DNA of 64,000 nucleotides from Octopus sinensis (taxonomy: Eukaryota), in NCBI RefSeq assembly GCF_006345805.1, contig NC_043003.1:51708001-51772000 (forward strand). The letters run 5' to 3'. This document shows, piece after piece, positions 38,926-52,000 of this stretch. The notes beneath the pieces were generated by a model. The model was given only the letters and a program-made list of their open reading frames with translations. It was not told where the DNA came from and ran no database searches. Position 1 is the stretch's first letter. Each line of letters begins with the position of its first letter. Position numbers and translations under genes: made by a program.

Positions 38926-39413
38926 TAAGAAAAAGCGTTGGTGGTGGCAATGATGGTGTTATTGAGTGATAGGAAATTGATGTATGGGTTGATAGTGTTA
39001 AAACATTTGAGACAGTTGAAACAGCAGGCAGAACACCACCACCACCACCACCACCACCACCATCATCAACATCATCATCATCATCAAAGTGTGGTGGTGG
39101 GTGGCCCTGCTTTCACTTCTTAATCCACTAAGCCCTGTGGACACCCTCCCTGCTCCGGGGCCCCCACCCCCATACAACATCTGCACATATATTCTCTGTC
39201 CCCACCACTACCCTCTGTTACAGCCACCAACCTAACACATCTCTCTCACCAAGAAACACCCACTCTTACACAAGAATAAACAAGAGCATGTAGAGATGTG
39301 TCTAGAATTTTACATACATACATATATTTGTATGTGTGTGTGTGTATGCATGTATCTATTATATGTATGCATATACATAAATTCTAGAAGAATCTCTACA
39401 TATATATAAGAAG

Positions 39414-39483
<70 letters not shown>

Positions 39484-40760
39484 ATCTATATATAAAATTT
39501 ATATATAGGTAGATACATATATATACACATACACATATTCCCCCTTCCCCTCTATTACTGACATCATCCATTCCCTATATCTCACGTAGAGACACTCACT
39601 CTTACACTAGGGTTAACTGAAACATGCAGAGAAACTTCTAGTATTACACATACACACACACACAGAGAGGAGCAGGCATGGCTGTGATTAAGTTCACTTA
39701 GTAGCCATGTGATTTCAGTGCCAATACATGACATTATGGACAAATGCTTTCTACTAGAGTCCTGGGCCAACAAATGATGGAGGGAACTACAATACCCTTC
39801 ATGTGTATGTGTGCGTTTTTGCATTTATATATTTACAGATGTTGAACCTGTCAAACTGTCCAACCAATGTCGACATGGAACAAAAATGTTAAATGATAAT
39901 TATGTTCTGAGACCCCCTTCAGTCATGACACAGACCATGGGATTGCACCATAGAAAATTACCCTCCCAGGCACAAGTTCGGGCGAGATTGTTTATGGAAG
40001 ACCAGCAGTCACCAGTGCATACTGGCCTCCCCTCTCCATGCCACCAGTGTTATCCAAGGGAAAGGCAAGGGCCGATACAGCTTGGCACTTGTGACGTCGC
40101 AACTCATTTCTACAGCTGAGTGAACTGGAGCAACGTGAAATAAAGTGTCTTGCCCAAGAACAACACGCAGCTCGGTCCAGGATTCGTGCTCACAACCTCA
40201 CGATCATAAGCTCGGCGCTCTAACCACTGTAATCAAAAGTGATTACAAGTGGTTATATGAAGTGTAAAGAAACTGGTGAACAAGACACTTTCAGTCCATG
40301 CTAGCATAGAAGAATGAAACAAAGATGTCTGCTGCTGCTGCTGCTGATGATGATGACGATTATATATTATATGTACTGACCTGAAGAGAAAAAGCCCTTA
40401 ATGCTGGTATAGGGATAATAGCAGCAGCCAGAAAACCCATGATGTTGGTGACAGAGGTGAGTAAAACGCTAACACCAGTCCTTTTCAAGCATTCCCCAGT
40501 CCGCTCCTGAAATAAGGGAAGAAAAAAGATGCAATGAATGTGACATGATTTATTGTGGGAAGATGGATAATTCTATAATGATGTTAAAAAGACTGATGTC
40601 GAAAATCTGTATTGATGGAAACCACCTATACCTACTCAGCTAAGGTTTCATGTGTCCCAAGCAAGGAATTTCATGAGAAATCTATCAATGTATACAGATT
40701 AGTGAGATTCAATAAATTAATATACATACATATATATATATATAATATATATATATATAC

Positions 40761-40808
<48 letters not shown>

Positions 40809-43800
40809 TGTATATATAAGTACACACACACATATGATGTACTTGTCACCTGAATAAATGCACAAAATAAGCAACTCAGAGAAGTGAAGGAAAATTGAAA
40901 TAAAGTCTTATTTGTACACTTGAAGCAATGCAACATTGAAATAATTCAATAACTATTATGTGTATGTATGTATGTATGTGTGTGTATGTATAGTAAAGAT
41001 GTAAATTTCAAAACAGATTAAAATAATGACATGAGAGAAAGCGTCCCATATTGAAAATATGATAGAAAATACAAGACTTTTATTAACACAATATAGCTGT
41101 CTGTCTGTCCCTGGCCCACCCTCTCTCTCTCTATATATATATATATCATCATCATCATCATATATATATATATACGCACATATATGCATGTGTGGTGTGT
41201 ATATGTGCATATATGTATTGGCTAGGGATCATGGGTAAATGGTTATGTTGAATAAAATTATCTTGTGACATTTATTTGTCCATCAAGATGGACCTAGCCA
41301 TTTGATAAATAGAGAACAAAATAAATACCAGCAAAAAGAATAAAAAAAAATATATGAAACTAAAGAAAACCAAAAAAAAAGTCCAACCATTTGAACATGA
41401 AGAAGGTGCAATGAGTGAAAAGGAAGAGAGCAAAGAAATACTTACGTGCATCTCTGGCAGCATGAATAGATATAAAAATAAAATTTAACATACAAAGAAA
41501 CTGCTTACTCATTTGTAGTATTCTGTTGATTAATTAATAAAGCACTTTTTACATCTACCATGTTTCCATTGGTAATATGGCTAAATAGTCCATTGTACAT
41601 AGACACATACATACACATATGTATATGTGTGTGTGTGTGTGTGTGTGCATGCATGTATTAAGTTTTGTGTGAATGCTTACAGACTACACTGAGCTATGAC
41701 TAGAGACTACGGTGATATTTATTGACATTTCTCATCAATAGATTATATGCCAGCTTTGAACATTTGAATTCCTCTTGAATAATAAATCCCTTAAATGAAA
41801 AACAGGTATACATTGGTAACAAATAGAGCACCAAGGGGTAAAAATGCTGCCTCAAATGCTCCCCAACTGAGCCATACTTGCATGGAAGAACAGATGTGAA
41901 ACAAAGTCATATATATATAGAAAGATATACAAATATATGTAAATACATACCATAAAAGGAATGTTATTGCTATTTTCAGCATAGGTGTGAGCTATGAGGA
42001 ACATATCATCAACTCCAAGACCCAAAGCTAGAAATGGAACAATCTGGAAAATAATAATAAAAAAAAAATCAATAAATCCTGTGTTTCACATTATATATTT
42101 ATGAATTGGGAGGTGTGAGTATATTTTACAGTATATAAATTCTCTCTCTTAGACAAGGAGCTTCCATGCTTCCAGAAATTTGCTAACAGTACACCTGACG
42201 TCCTCCACTCCTGTTTCTTCTTTCTTTCTTTCTTTTTTTGTTAAAGACTTTTTCATTGTTCACTTCCTGTGCATATTCTATGTACTGTTTATGCAGTTTT
42301 GGTTACTTTTTCTGATGAGTTGTAAGTGCACCTGAGCATTGTATACAATAAATTCATTAGATATATAAATATCTGTCCTTCTTTCATCTTGCCTCAACAT
42401 ATGACCTCATCCAAATTTTTAAACTCTAACCAAATGATTTCTGCTGATATAATAAATCAGCACAATTTCACCACAAAACTCTACTTTTAATTTTGAGACT
42501 AAATAAATAACCAAATAAATGTTTTCATACATAAAATGAGGTAAGGAAAAACAAATGAAACAAAATTGCTACTTACTTGTGTTGTGGACGCATTAAACTT
42601 GATGCCCAAAACAGAACATAAGCCAAGACCAGCTGCTACAGAAAGACCAACAAGCAATACACCAGCAATACCAATAACACATTGTGAGTTAACAGCATCA
42701 TTGCACTTCAACAAAGATATGCAGGCATACAGCAACTGAAATTAAAACAAAAATAACAATCATAATGAATTCTCCCCCTTCAATAGATAACTTCTTATAT
42801 CTTTCCACATGCAAAGCAGTATTTCGCCATGACTAGATATACTTAACATAGAAAACCGGAAATGATAATTGCTTTAATAATGATGACTAGCACTCGGGTT
42901 ATAGTGCTAGTGCATGCATATACAGCTGCATGCGTGTGCACATACACGCGAGTACTGTCCGAATCTCCGACCAATCACATACAGCTAGCTGGTATTCAAT
43001 TGGTGTATCAAGTTTCGGGCATTTTGATTGGGATTTGGATAGAAAATTCACAAAAAAGTTAATTCTATTGATTTTTTAATGGCTTTGCGGGATGACTGGG
43101 GAAATATAAAGATGTGCACGACCACCCTTGAGCGGTTTTGAATGACCATAGAAAGTGCGAGCCCTCTAACTGAAAAATTGTGGATTTGTATAAAGGATAC
43201 ACACACACAGACAGACAGACATTTTGCTGTTTATATATATAGAGATGATACTTGCTCATTTATAACCATCATACAATGGGATGCACAAATACACACACAC
43301 ATATACAATAGGCTTCTTTCAGTTTCCATTAACCAAACTCTCTCACAAGACCTAGAACTATAATAGAAGACACTCGCCCAAGGTGCTGTGCAGTGGGTCT
43401 GAACTCATGACAACAAGTGGGAGACAAGCTTCTTAACCACCCCATCATCCTGAATTGGAACCTTTTTCTATTGATCCAGTAGGATGAAAGATTATGTTAA
43501 CTTTTATAGGATTTGAACTCAGAGCATAGAGAGTTGGAACAAATACACCAAAAAAGAGAGGAAACGATGAATCAGAAGAGATATACTTACCATTACAATG
43601 TACCCCAATGCAATGCGTACAACACTGACACTAGAAAACTTTTCCATGATATCAGCCAGAGATGTTGATGAGAAAACATGAATGTGTTGTTGATGCTTGC
43701 CATTGTATATGTTGTCCACTTCCTGTTTAAACAACAAAACCACATACAATTAAATTGCTATCTAATTGACAGACCAAAAATCTGAGATGTTTTTATGGAC

Positions 43801-45950
43801 AGTCAGTCAAATTGTAAGTGCCAACCTGATTAATACTATTAATGGAAAATCTTACCAGCATCACTTAAAACAAAATTTTATTTTTCTGAAAACTTATTGT
43901 CTACATATTAGCTTAATATACCAGTTATTGATAAAAATAATATATCTTTTTTTTACTGGAATCTTATGAAGTTAAACACCTACAAATTATTAATTACTTT
44001 GTAAATGAAGCTACAGGAATACTCAATAAAACTACAAAATGGAATCACTTAATTTTTCAATGCCTATATTTGTTTCCAACATTACTTATGCATCAATAGT
44101 TTTTTTTTAAAAAATAATTAATAATTTGGAGGTGCATTTATCATCACCGTCATCATCATTGTTTAACGCCCGCTTTCCATGCTGGCATGAGTTGGCCGGT
44201 TTGACTGAGGACTAATATTTTTCTTTTTATACAGGAATTTGAAAAGTATGAAAAGGTTCTTCCAGAAAATTATAATGGAAGAATTTTAATTTAAATACAT
44301 TTTAATCAAGAAGTTTTGTATCATAGAAAGAGGCAGTATGAGGCAGGTTGGTAGCGAAAGTGTAGACAAAAACTATGTAAAGAAGAGCTAAGCAGGTTAA
44401 ATTTTGGATTAAAATGTGTAGTTAGGCTAAATTGTGCAATGGGAAGACCAGATTTTTGCAAAAATCCCTCTTGTGAAAAGAATGAAGTACTTACAGCTGT
44501 GAACTTGCGATGCCACGTTTCCAGGATCATTTTGGCCTTGTTCATGGTCCAGTCAATGGTGCGTACCTTCCTCACATTTTGGTAATATTCAAACATATCT
44601 TTCTCACCCATCAACTGGATTATGGACTGTAGAGCCTCTGCTCTATAATGGTAGAGACGAAAGTAAAACATTGAGAGGGTTAAAGCTACTATTGAGACAT
44701 ATCTATGTATGTATGCACAAGTGTGTGTGATATTGTATATGTACTTAAGTGAATTTTGATGCTAAAGTTAGTAAATGGAAATGTCATCATTTACATATTT
44801 TCCCATTTTTTCTTACCAGCAATGAAAGAAAGAGCACCAAATATTAAGTAAAATAGGTTGCATTATGTGGTGAAGCTCTCTAACTGTAGACTACAAAAGA
44901 ACATGAAGGCGAACACTGACTCACAATGAAAGGAAAATATCTTAATGAGTTTACCAGTGAAGAATTTCATTTTCCTGTAATTTGAGCACCCTGTTAGTGA
45001 CCATCTTTCTCCAAGATGTTCTCTAAGGCCAGAAATTGCAGGTAAATGAAGTTAACTGTCTCACCAAGTTGGGATAAAACCTGCACAAGAGTTGTAACTT
45101 TTAGTTTGTCAAAAGCTTATTGTGACTTCCCTCTAAATGGTGGTCATGCTTCAGACACATGCTACTGAGTTCAAATCCTGGCATGAGCCACTTCAAAAAC
45201 CCCAAAAGATACTTTGGACAATGTAATCCAATGTGTTTCTAAAGAGATAAAGTTGTCATGGTTGGAATGTCCACAATCATGGATATGCTCAATCAGGACT
45301 GACCGGGGACTAAACAACAAGCATCACCAGGTACCAATCAGGAAACCTTTACTTGGTTGCTCTATCTGCTGTGAATAGTAGTCTAAATCTCCCACCAAAC
45401 TATATCCTATAGCCTTAAATAAGGCCATAGCTTGACTGTCTTTGAACAAAGGTCTGCTCGATCAAGGCTAACATGGAACTAGGCAGCAGCAGTAACTTCT
45501 ACTGACTGGTATCACTAGCACCATCATTAGAACCAATAAAAGGGATAGCATATTTACCGAACAATGTGATTTGTCTTGTTTCTTCTAATGCCACCTATAA
45601 TCAAGTCTTCCTGCCAGTGCATGTATTTAGAAGCAAAGCCAGTGCAGCCATTTGTGAGCTCAGCTCCAATGTCTGGTGGCTGTAAATACAAGAAGGAAAT
45701 GTAAAGGTAAAAAAAATTAAGAGGGGAAAAAGAGAAGAAGATTAAAATGGAGTAATTGGCAAGAATTTGTAAAAATAAAAAAAAAAGAATTAAGGAAGGA
45801 AGAAGAAAACAACTTACCAATCCTGATTGTTTGTTGGGTGCTAAGTTGGGACATTTTGGATCCTTTGGATTAAGACATGGCTTTTCTAGGTAGCCACTTT
45901 TGATACCAGCCTGGTTGAAAAAGAGAGAAAAAAATGAAAGGAATAATGAA

Positions 45951-46001
<51 letters not shown>

Positions 46002-48164
46002 GAGAGAGAGAGGGGGAGAGAGAGAGAGAGAGAAAGGGAAAGAGCAAGAGTAATTGAGAATGAGAGAAAAACAGAGAGGGTGATGAGTAAAGGACCATGT
46101 GCAATGGGGGAAAGTGTAAACAGAAGGAAAAAGAAAAAAAAGATGCAAGAACCCCCCCCCCTCAAAACAAAAAAAATAATCATGGTTCAGTCAAGAAGGA
46201 CAGTGCCTATAAGATTTGTAGACCATCCAAAACTGGTTAAATCAGTGTTTCTCAACTATTTTTTGACTGTGGACCTCTTTGGTTCCTATTTTACTCAGGT
46301 GGACCCTTCAAGTCATTTGATGTTAAGAAAAAAAAACCTATTATATTTTTATAAGTAAATATTGTTAGGAATTGTATAAAAGCAAGTGTTAAAATATTTT
46401 GTGTCTGGTAGAAAGAAGTATAACCTTATTTTTTGCAGATAAATTTTAACAACCAAATCTTCTATGTACTCGCAAGAGCCATGTAGGATCCAGTCGAAAA
46501 ATCACTGGGTTACATTGATATGATTGATGTTCACTGCAAACATTGACAGGGCTACAAAGTTAAGTTGTGGTACATGGAGTAGGATCCCAGAGGATTGATG
46601 TTGGATAGGAAGGATAAAGTGCTTAGTGTGTGACTTGCAGAGGTAGGTGTAGGGACACACAGAGAAAAAAATTTACCGGGAGACTTTAGATGTGTAGCCA
46701 GAATGAAAGCCATAAAGAAAACTACCTGATGCTTTAATGACTGTCAATTTGACCAAACCCTTATCAAACAGACATCAAATTCTAAATTCCTCACCACCCT
46801 GTCTTTTTTTAACTGTATGTAGGAGTACATATCTAATGTATTTTGTCCTCTACAAAAACACATGTGTATGATTCTGAGGGAGATTTGGCTACTATTTCTA
46901 ACAGGTTGAGTAACCAAATTGTTGCTCTCTCCACTCCCATCACTGGTTTGGTGTATACATGTAATTAGCATAGGTGTGTGTACATTTGATTAATGTGCGT
47001 TTATGTATGTATGCACATGTACATACACATGTGTGCATGTGCACACACACACACATGGTCAATGAATAAAGGTAGCAAGAGTGTGGAGGGGGTATCTTTT
47101 TTTTTCCAGATGTCCCTTCCTCTCTGATAGGCTGTGTTATGGTGAGGAGTAGGAAAGACCATTTAAAATTACAACAGGAAATAGGGGACACTGGTGCATA
47201 AACAAAAAGACAGGGCACAGGGAATAAAAAGAGTGGAGGCAATGATAGTGGAGGGGTGGTGGTATGCCACTGATGGTTGTAGTAGTAGTAGTAGTAGTAG
47301 TGATTATTGTAGTGGTAGTATAACACTGGCAACTGTTACAGCTGTAGTAGTAGTAGTAGAAGTAGTGTTTGTGACAGTAGTTACAACAGTGGTAGTAGAT
47401 ATGAAGGTAATTGTGGTGGTAGTAATAGTGGTGTTAGCCATGCTGTTAAATGTGGTAGGGGGTACATTTACCATTTGTGATGACAAGCAGTGATGATGGA
47501 AATGGTAGTGATCATGGCAGCACCATTGGTGAATGGTAGCAGTGATGATGGAAGTGATAGTGGTGGTGATGGAGGTGGTGGATGGTTGGCAGTAGTGGTT
47601 GTGATGGAGGCGGTAGTGTTGGTGACGGTGATAGTAGTGGTGGTGGGCATGTTAAGAATGACATTTTCAGTGGTGGAGGCGGTAATGGAGTGTTGTTGTA
47701 ATGGGCGTAGATGATTGCTAGTGGCATGGAAGTCAAGTGGCAGTGGTGGAGGTGGTGGAGCTATAGAGGTGTAAAGACTGGTGGGTGCCAGATGGTGTGT
47801 AAAAAAGGTTGAGGGTGAGAGATTTGTGACCTCTGAGGATATAAACATCCTTGTCAAGATCTTGTAAAATTGCATCTCCAGGGAGAAAATGAATAAATAA
47901 ATAAATAAACAGGCCCTTTTGTCAGATGTTAGAAGTAAGTTTCAAGGATCACCATTTTCCTTTGTCTTGGTGTTACTTGGTCCTATCCTGGGATTCATGT
48001 GGACTTGGGAATAACAGTAGTAGAAAAAAATGGAAAAAGGATCTCTAATACAAGAAGGAGCTGTAAATGCCCTTAATTTTAAATGTAAGGGAACAGATAT
48101 GGAATTCTGGTTGGTGGATGGATAAGATTGCTTAGATGTATGGAACATCTGGAGACCAAAAGAA

Positions 48165-48234
<70 letters not shown>

Positions 48235-48946
48235 TAGAGATAGAGAGCTAATGGAGTTAGAAAGTTTAGTAGAACTGAAAGAAGAGTTCAGATGAAAGAC
48301 ACAGAACACAAAACATAGTTTAGAGATCGTAAACGTGAGTTCAAACACAACTGGATCCCTGGACACTAGCATATCTTTCTGTATGAAACATATAGTGATC
48401 TAACAAGGGCAGTTCTCATACAGGCAGACCTACTAAAGAAGTATACACTCCTCACATACATGCTCACTTTGGAGTTGGTTATTCAGTCTGTTGCCAGTAC
48501 TATTCATATATTTCAATAAAAATAGACTCTACATTTTTGAGTACTCTGAACCATTGATTGGTTGGTCTGTTGGAAACTTGTAACTAATGATACTAAATAT
48601 TATTACCACAGGCCAGATTTCAGTCTAGTGGTCTTATGTTTGGCACAGTTGACATACGGTATGTATGAGAAGTGTCAATACCTTCTGTCAAGATACAAAG
48701 TGAAAGAGGAAGAGAGAGAGAGAGAGAGAGAGAAGGGCGGAAAAGGAGAATAGAAATAGACACTTACTCGATCCATTACATCCAGTATGACATCCCTGTT
48801 ATTGATATCTGATTTTTCAACCATTTCTCTTGGATTTAAGTTGGTCCATTTAACATTGTTGGAATATTTCCTGTGGAATAATCAAAACAACAGAAATGAC
48901 AATACAGCAGAAGTAAACGGCAAAACAAATACCTCACTTTGTGTGC

Positions 48947-49009
<63 letters not shown>

Positions 49010-52000
49010 TGTGTGTTTGCATGAGACCAAACCTATACATGTTGTATTTTGGATGGGGATAGCATGAAGGCTGTATGAACTGATCAGACCTATGACTGAA
49101 CATGTATCATCCCTAGCCATATAAATTTTGTTTACAGTGTGCACCAAACTATATCACTCAATAAAGAGTGTTTTGAGATTTGGTTGTCGTTTCTAGCAAA
49201 TCATATGACCACACTGAAGTTCATTCATGCCTATAGTTTAATATAAACAAATGAAGTGAGGTTCCAGATACAAGAGGCATGGACATGTCTTGATAATTCA
49301 AAAACCATAAGACATTATTATGGACATAATGTAGATGTCTGATAGAGAACCTATTGGTACTTCCTTTGTAAACACTTTAAACATCCATGAGGTTAAAATG
49401 TATCTCTCTGTGTGCAAAACATGTGTAAGTAGGTGAGTGTATATTAGTATGTGCGAGTGTAAGTGTTTGTATGAGTGTTTTGAAGTGTTGTTATCTTGCG
49501 TTAAAATTCTATAGTGACTCATGCTTACTTCCCTTGGGCCAGCAACAGTAAACATGTGACCTATAAAAGACTTTGGACAGGGATAGATTCATTGGAGCCT
49601 TTGACTCCTGATGGAGTCATTAGGATGCCATCATGACATGCCTGAACATTGCCAATTTACTCAGAGAGAGAGAGAGAGAGAAAAAGAGAGAGAGAGAAGG
49701 TGGGGGAATTAACTCTAGTACTGGACTGGTGCTACTTTATCAACTCCAAAAGATGGAAAGTAAAGTTGATGTCATAGGAATATAAACTCAGGAGTTTAGA
49801 AAGCCACAATAAATACTACAAAACATTTTATCTGCCAACTTAATGTTTAGACACAAGATGGCTATTAGAGACACATAGGTAGGACATACAAAGATATACA
49901 CGTGCTAACATGCACATAGATGTCTGTCTGTCTATCTCAGTGACACTCATATACAGCTATCACAAGATATTAAGACAAGGAGATACAAACATACAAGCTC
50001 TCTCTCACATACACATAACCGTTTCAGTTACAAATTCACCAAATCCACTTACAAAGTTTTGGTTAGCCAAGGGCTATATTAGAAGACACTCATCCAAGGT
50101 GCCTCACAGTGGAATTGAGCCTGAATCCATGAGGTAAGGAAGCAAACTACTCAACCACTCAGTCACATCTACACTTAAATCGAATGTCCTTTTCTTTTAA
50201 GATGTGCATTTTGAAGGAATTCTGACTGCTATTTCTAGCAAGCTGAACATCCACTACCAGGCTTTGTCATTGATTCCTGGCTGCCATGCTTCTGGAAAAA
50301 TACCTATGTATGTCTGCTGAGTAAAAACTTGATACTCAAGTGGCAGAATGGTTAGAGCACCGAACAAAATGTGGTATTTGTTCTAGGTCTTTAGATTCAG
50401 AGTTCAATTCTTGCCAAGATCAACTTCACCTTTCATCCTCCTGGAATCTTATAAACCAAGTACTTATCAAGTACTGAGGTTCATGGTTATCAATTAGCAG
50501 TCTTCCCTCAAAATTCCCATCCTGGTGCCTCAATCAGAAACCATTATGATTACTTAGTAGTAGTAGTAGTAGCAAGAGTAGTTTTAGTAGTAGTAGTAGT
50601 AGTAGCAGCAGCAACAGTATTTTTTAATCTGGGTAGACCACCCATGATGGTGAATAGTGGTAGCAGGCACCTAAGCTAAGCTGAGCTGTATAGGTAAGGA
50701 GGGAAGGGGCATTTCAGCAGGCATGAAGAGAAGGGAAGGAGAAAGAGTGAGAGAAAACCATAAAAGTATCAGGGTTAATCAGTCAGACCAAACTGGTGGT
50801 ACAAACAGCAGTAGAGGAAGTAGTAATAATAGTAGTAGTAGTAGGAGGAGGAATATAGTGACAGCAGCATCGGTCTGCTTATGGCATTATTTGTTACCTA
50901 CATATCCTTGAAGTGGTAGTATGCTGTTGTTGTTTAGCCCCAGGTGAAAACTGATCCAGTAGACCTACTTATGTGAGGAGTCATTCCAGTTGTACCTATC
51001 TAGATTCTGTATTTCAGTCACAACATTTTGCTGTGTCCTTTATTAATGTTGTGATTTAATGATGTTGCTACTATTTTCAAATAGATTGATTTGCCACATA
51101 CAAAACCTTCTCACTGATAAATGATGGTGTTACTGTCACAAATCAATCCTGATAGAAAGGCACTATGACCAATAGAAATATTTTCCTTTTTTTTTTAAGA
51201 CACAGGGCATAATTTGAGTGAGAATTGGTTATTATTGATGAAATACAGGTAGTTTTTTTTCAGTAGCATCTTCACAAGAATTGAGGGTTAAGGCATGTGA
51301 GATTTGACTTCGTTGGCTCATTGAATTTAGCTCCCATGCTAAGACTTGAACCATGACTGCTTGGTTTAGAGCTAGAAATCCTAGTGATGGTAGTAGTGGG
51401 GATGTAGAAAAAATAATGGGTGGGGTACCATTCTTACTTGGTGGTCCAGATGGACTGGTGTAGAGGTGGGAGTTAGTGATGATGATGATGTGGTAATTTG
51501 AAAAGAGAATATACGATAAGGGAAAGGAGAATCAGCAAGGGCAAAGGGGTGGATGCAGTGCAAAAGGCTAAAAGAAAAAGTAAAGTACATAGGAAAAATA
51601 TAGTGGGTGTGTTCTGGTGCTGGTTGAGAACCGATTGGGTTCACTGCTATACTCATGGTACATTCACAAAAAGAGCCTCTGTGTAGTTACTCAGCCAGCT
51701 AGAAATAGCAACCAAATCTTTTTTTAAATCACATCTCAATGTCTTAAAACAATATGGGATAGTCACAGTTAGAACATCATTTGCCTGTGATCAATGAATA
51801 AAATGAAAACGACCTGTTGTCTTTAAAGTGTCCAAAATTTGATAATTGTCCACAGAAGGGATGTAAAGAATTTTTTTAAATAACTCTTTCTCTATTGGTG
51901 TACTCAACATTGTGTACAAAAGGTATAAAAATTCAACATAACCCTATGCATGCCTCACCAAAATATTACCATGCCCCATGTTGGGAATCACAGATCACAG

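Noticed and set aside
39098-39106. Additional Gli-like sites (TGGGTGGCC here; GACCACCCT near 43120)
   Set aside because: Single mismatched sites inside (GTG)n-rich or transposon sequence; expected by chance.
45900-46358. ER-repeat ORF antisense to Patched
   Set aside because: Produced by the (AG)n microsatellite that forms the pyrimidine tract of the 45910 acceptor.
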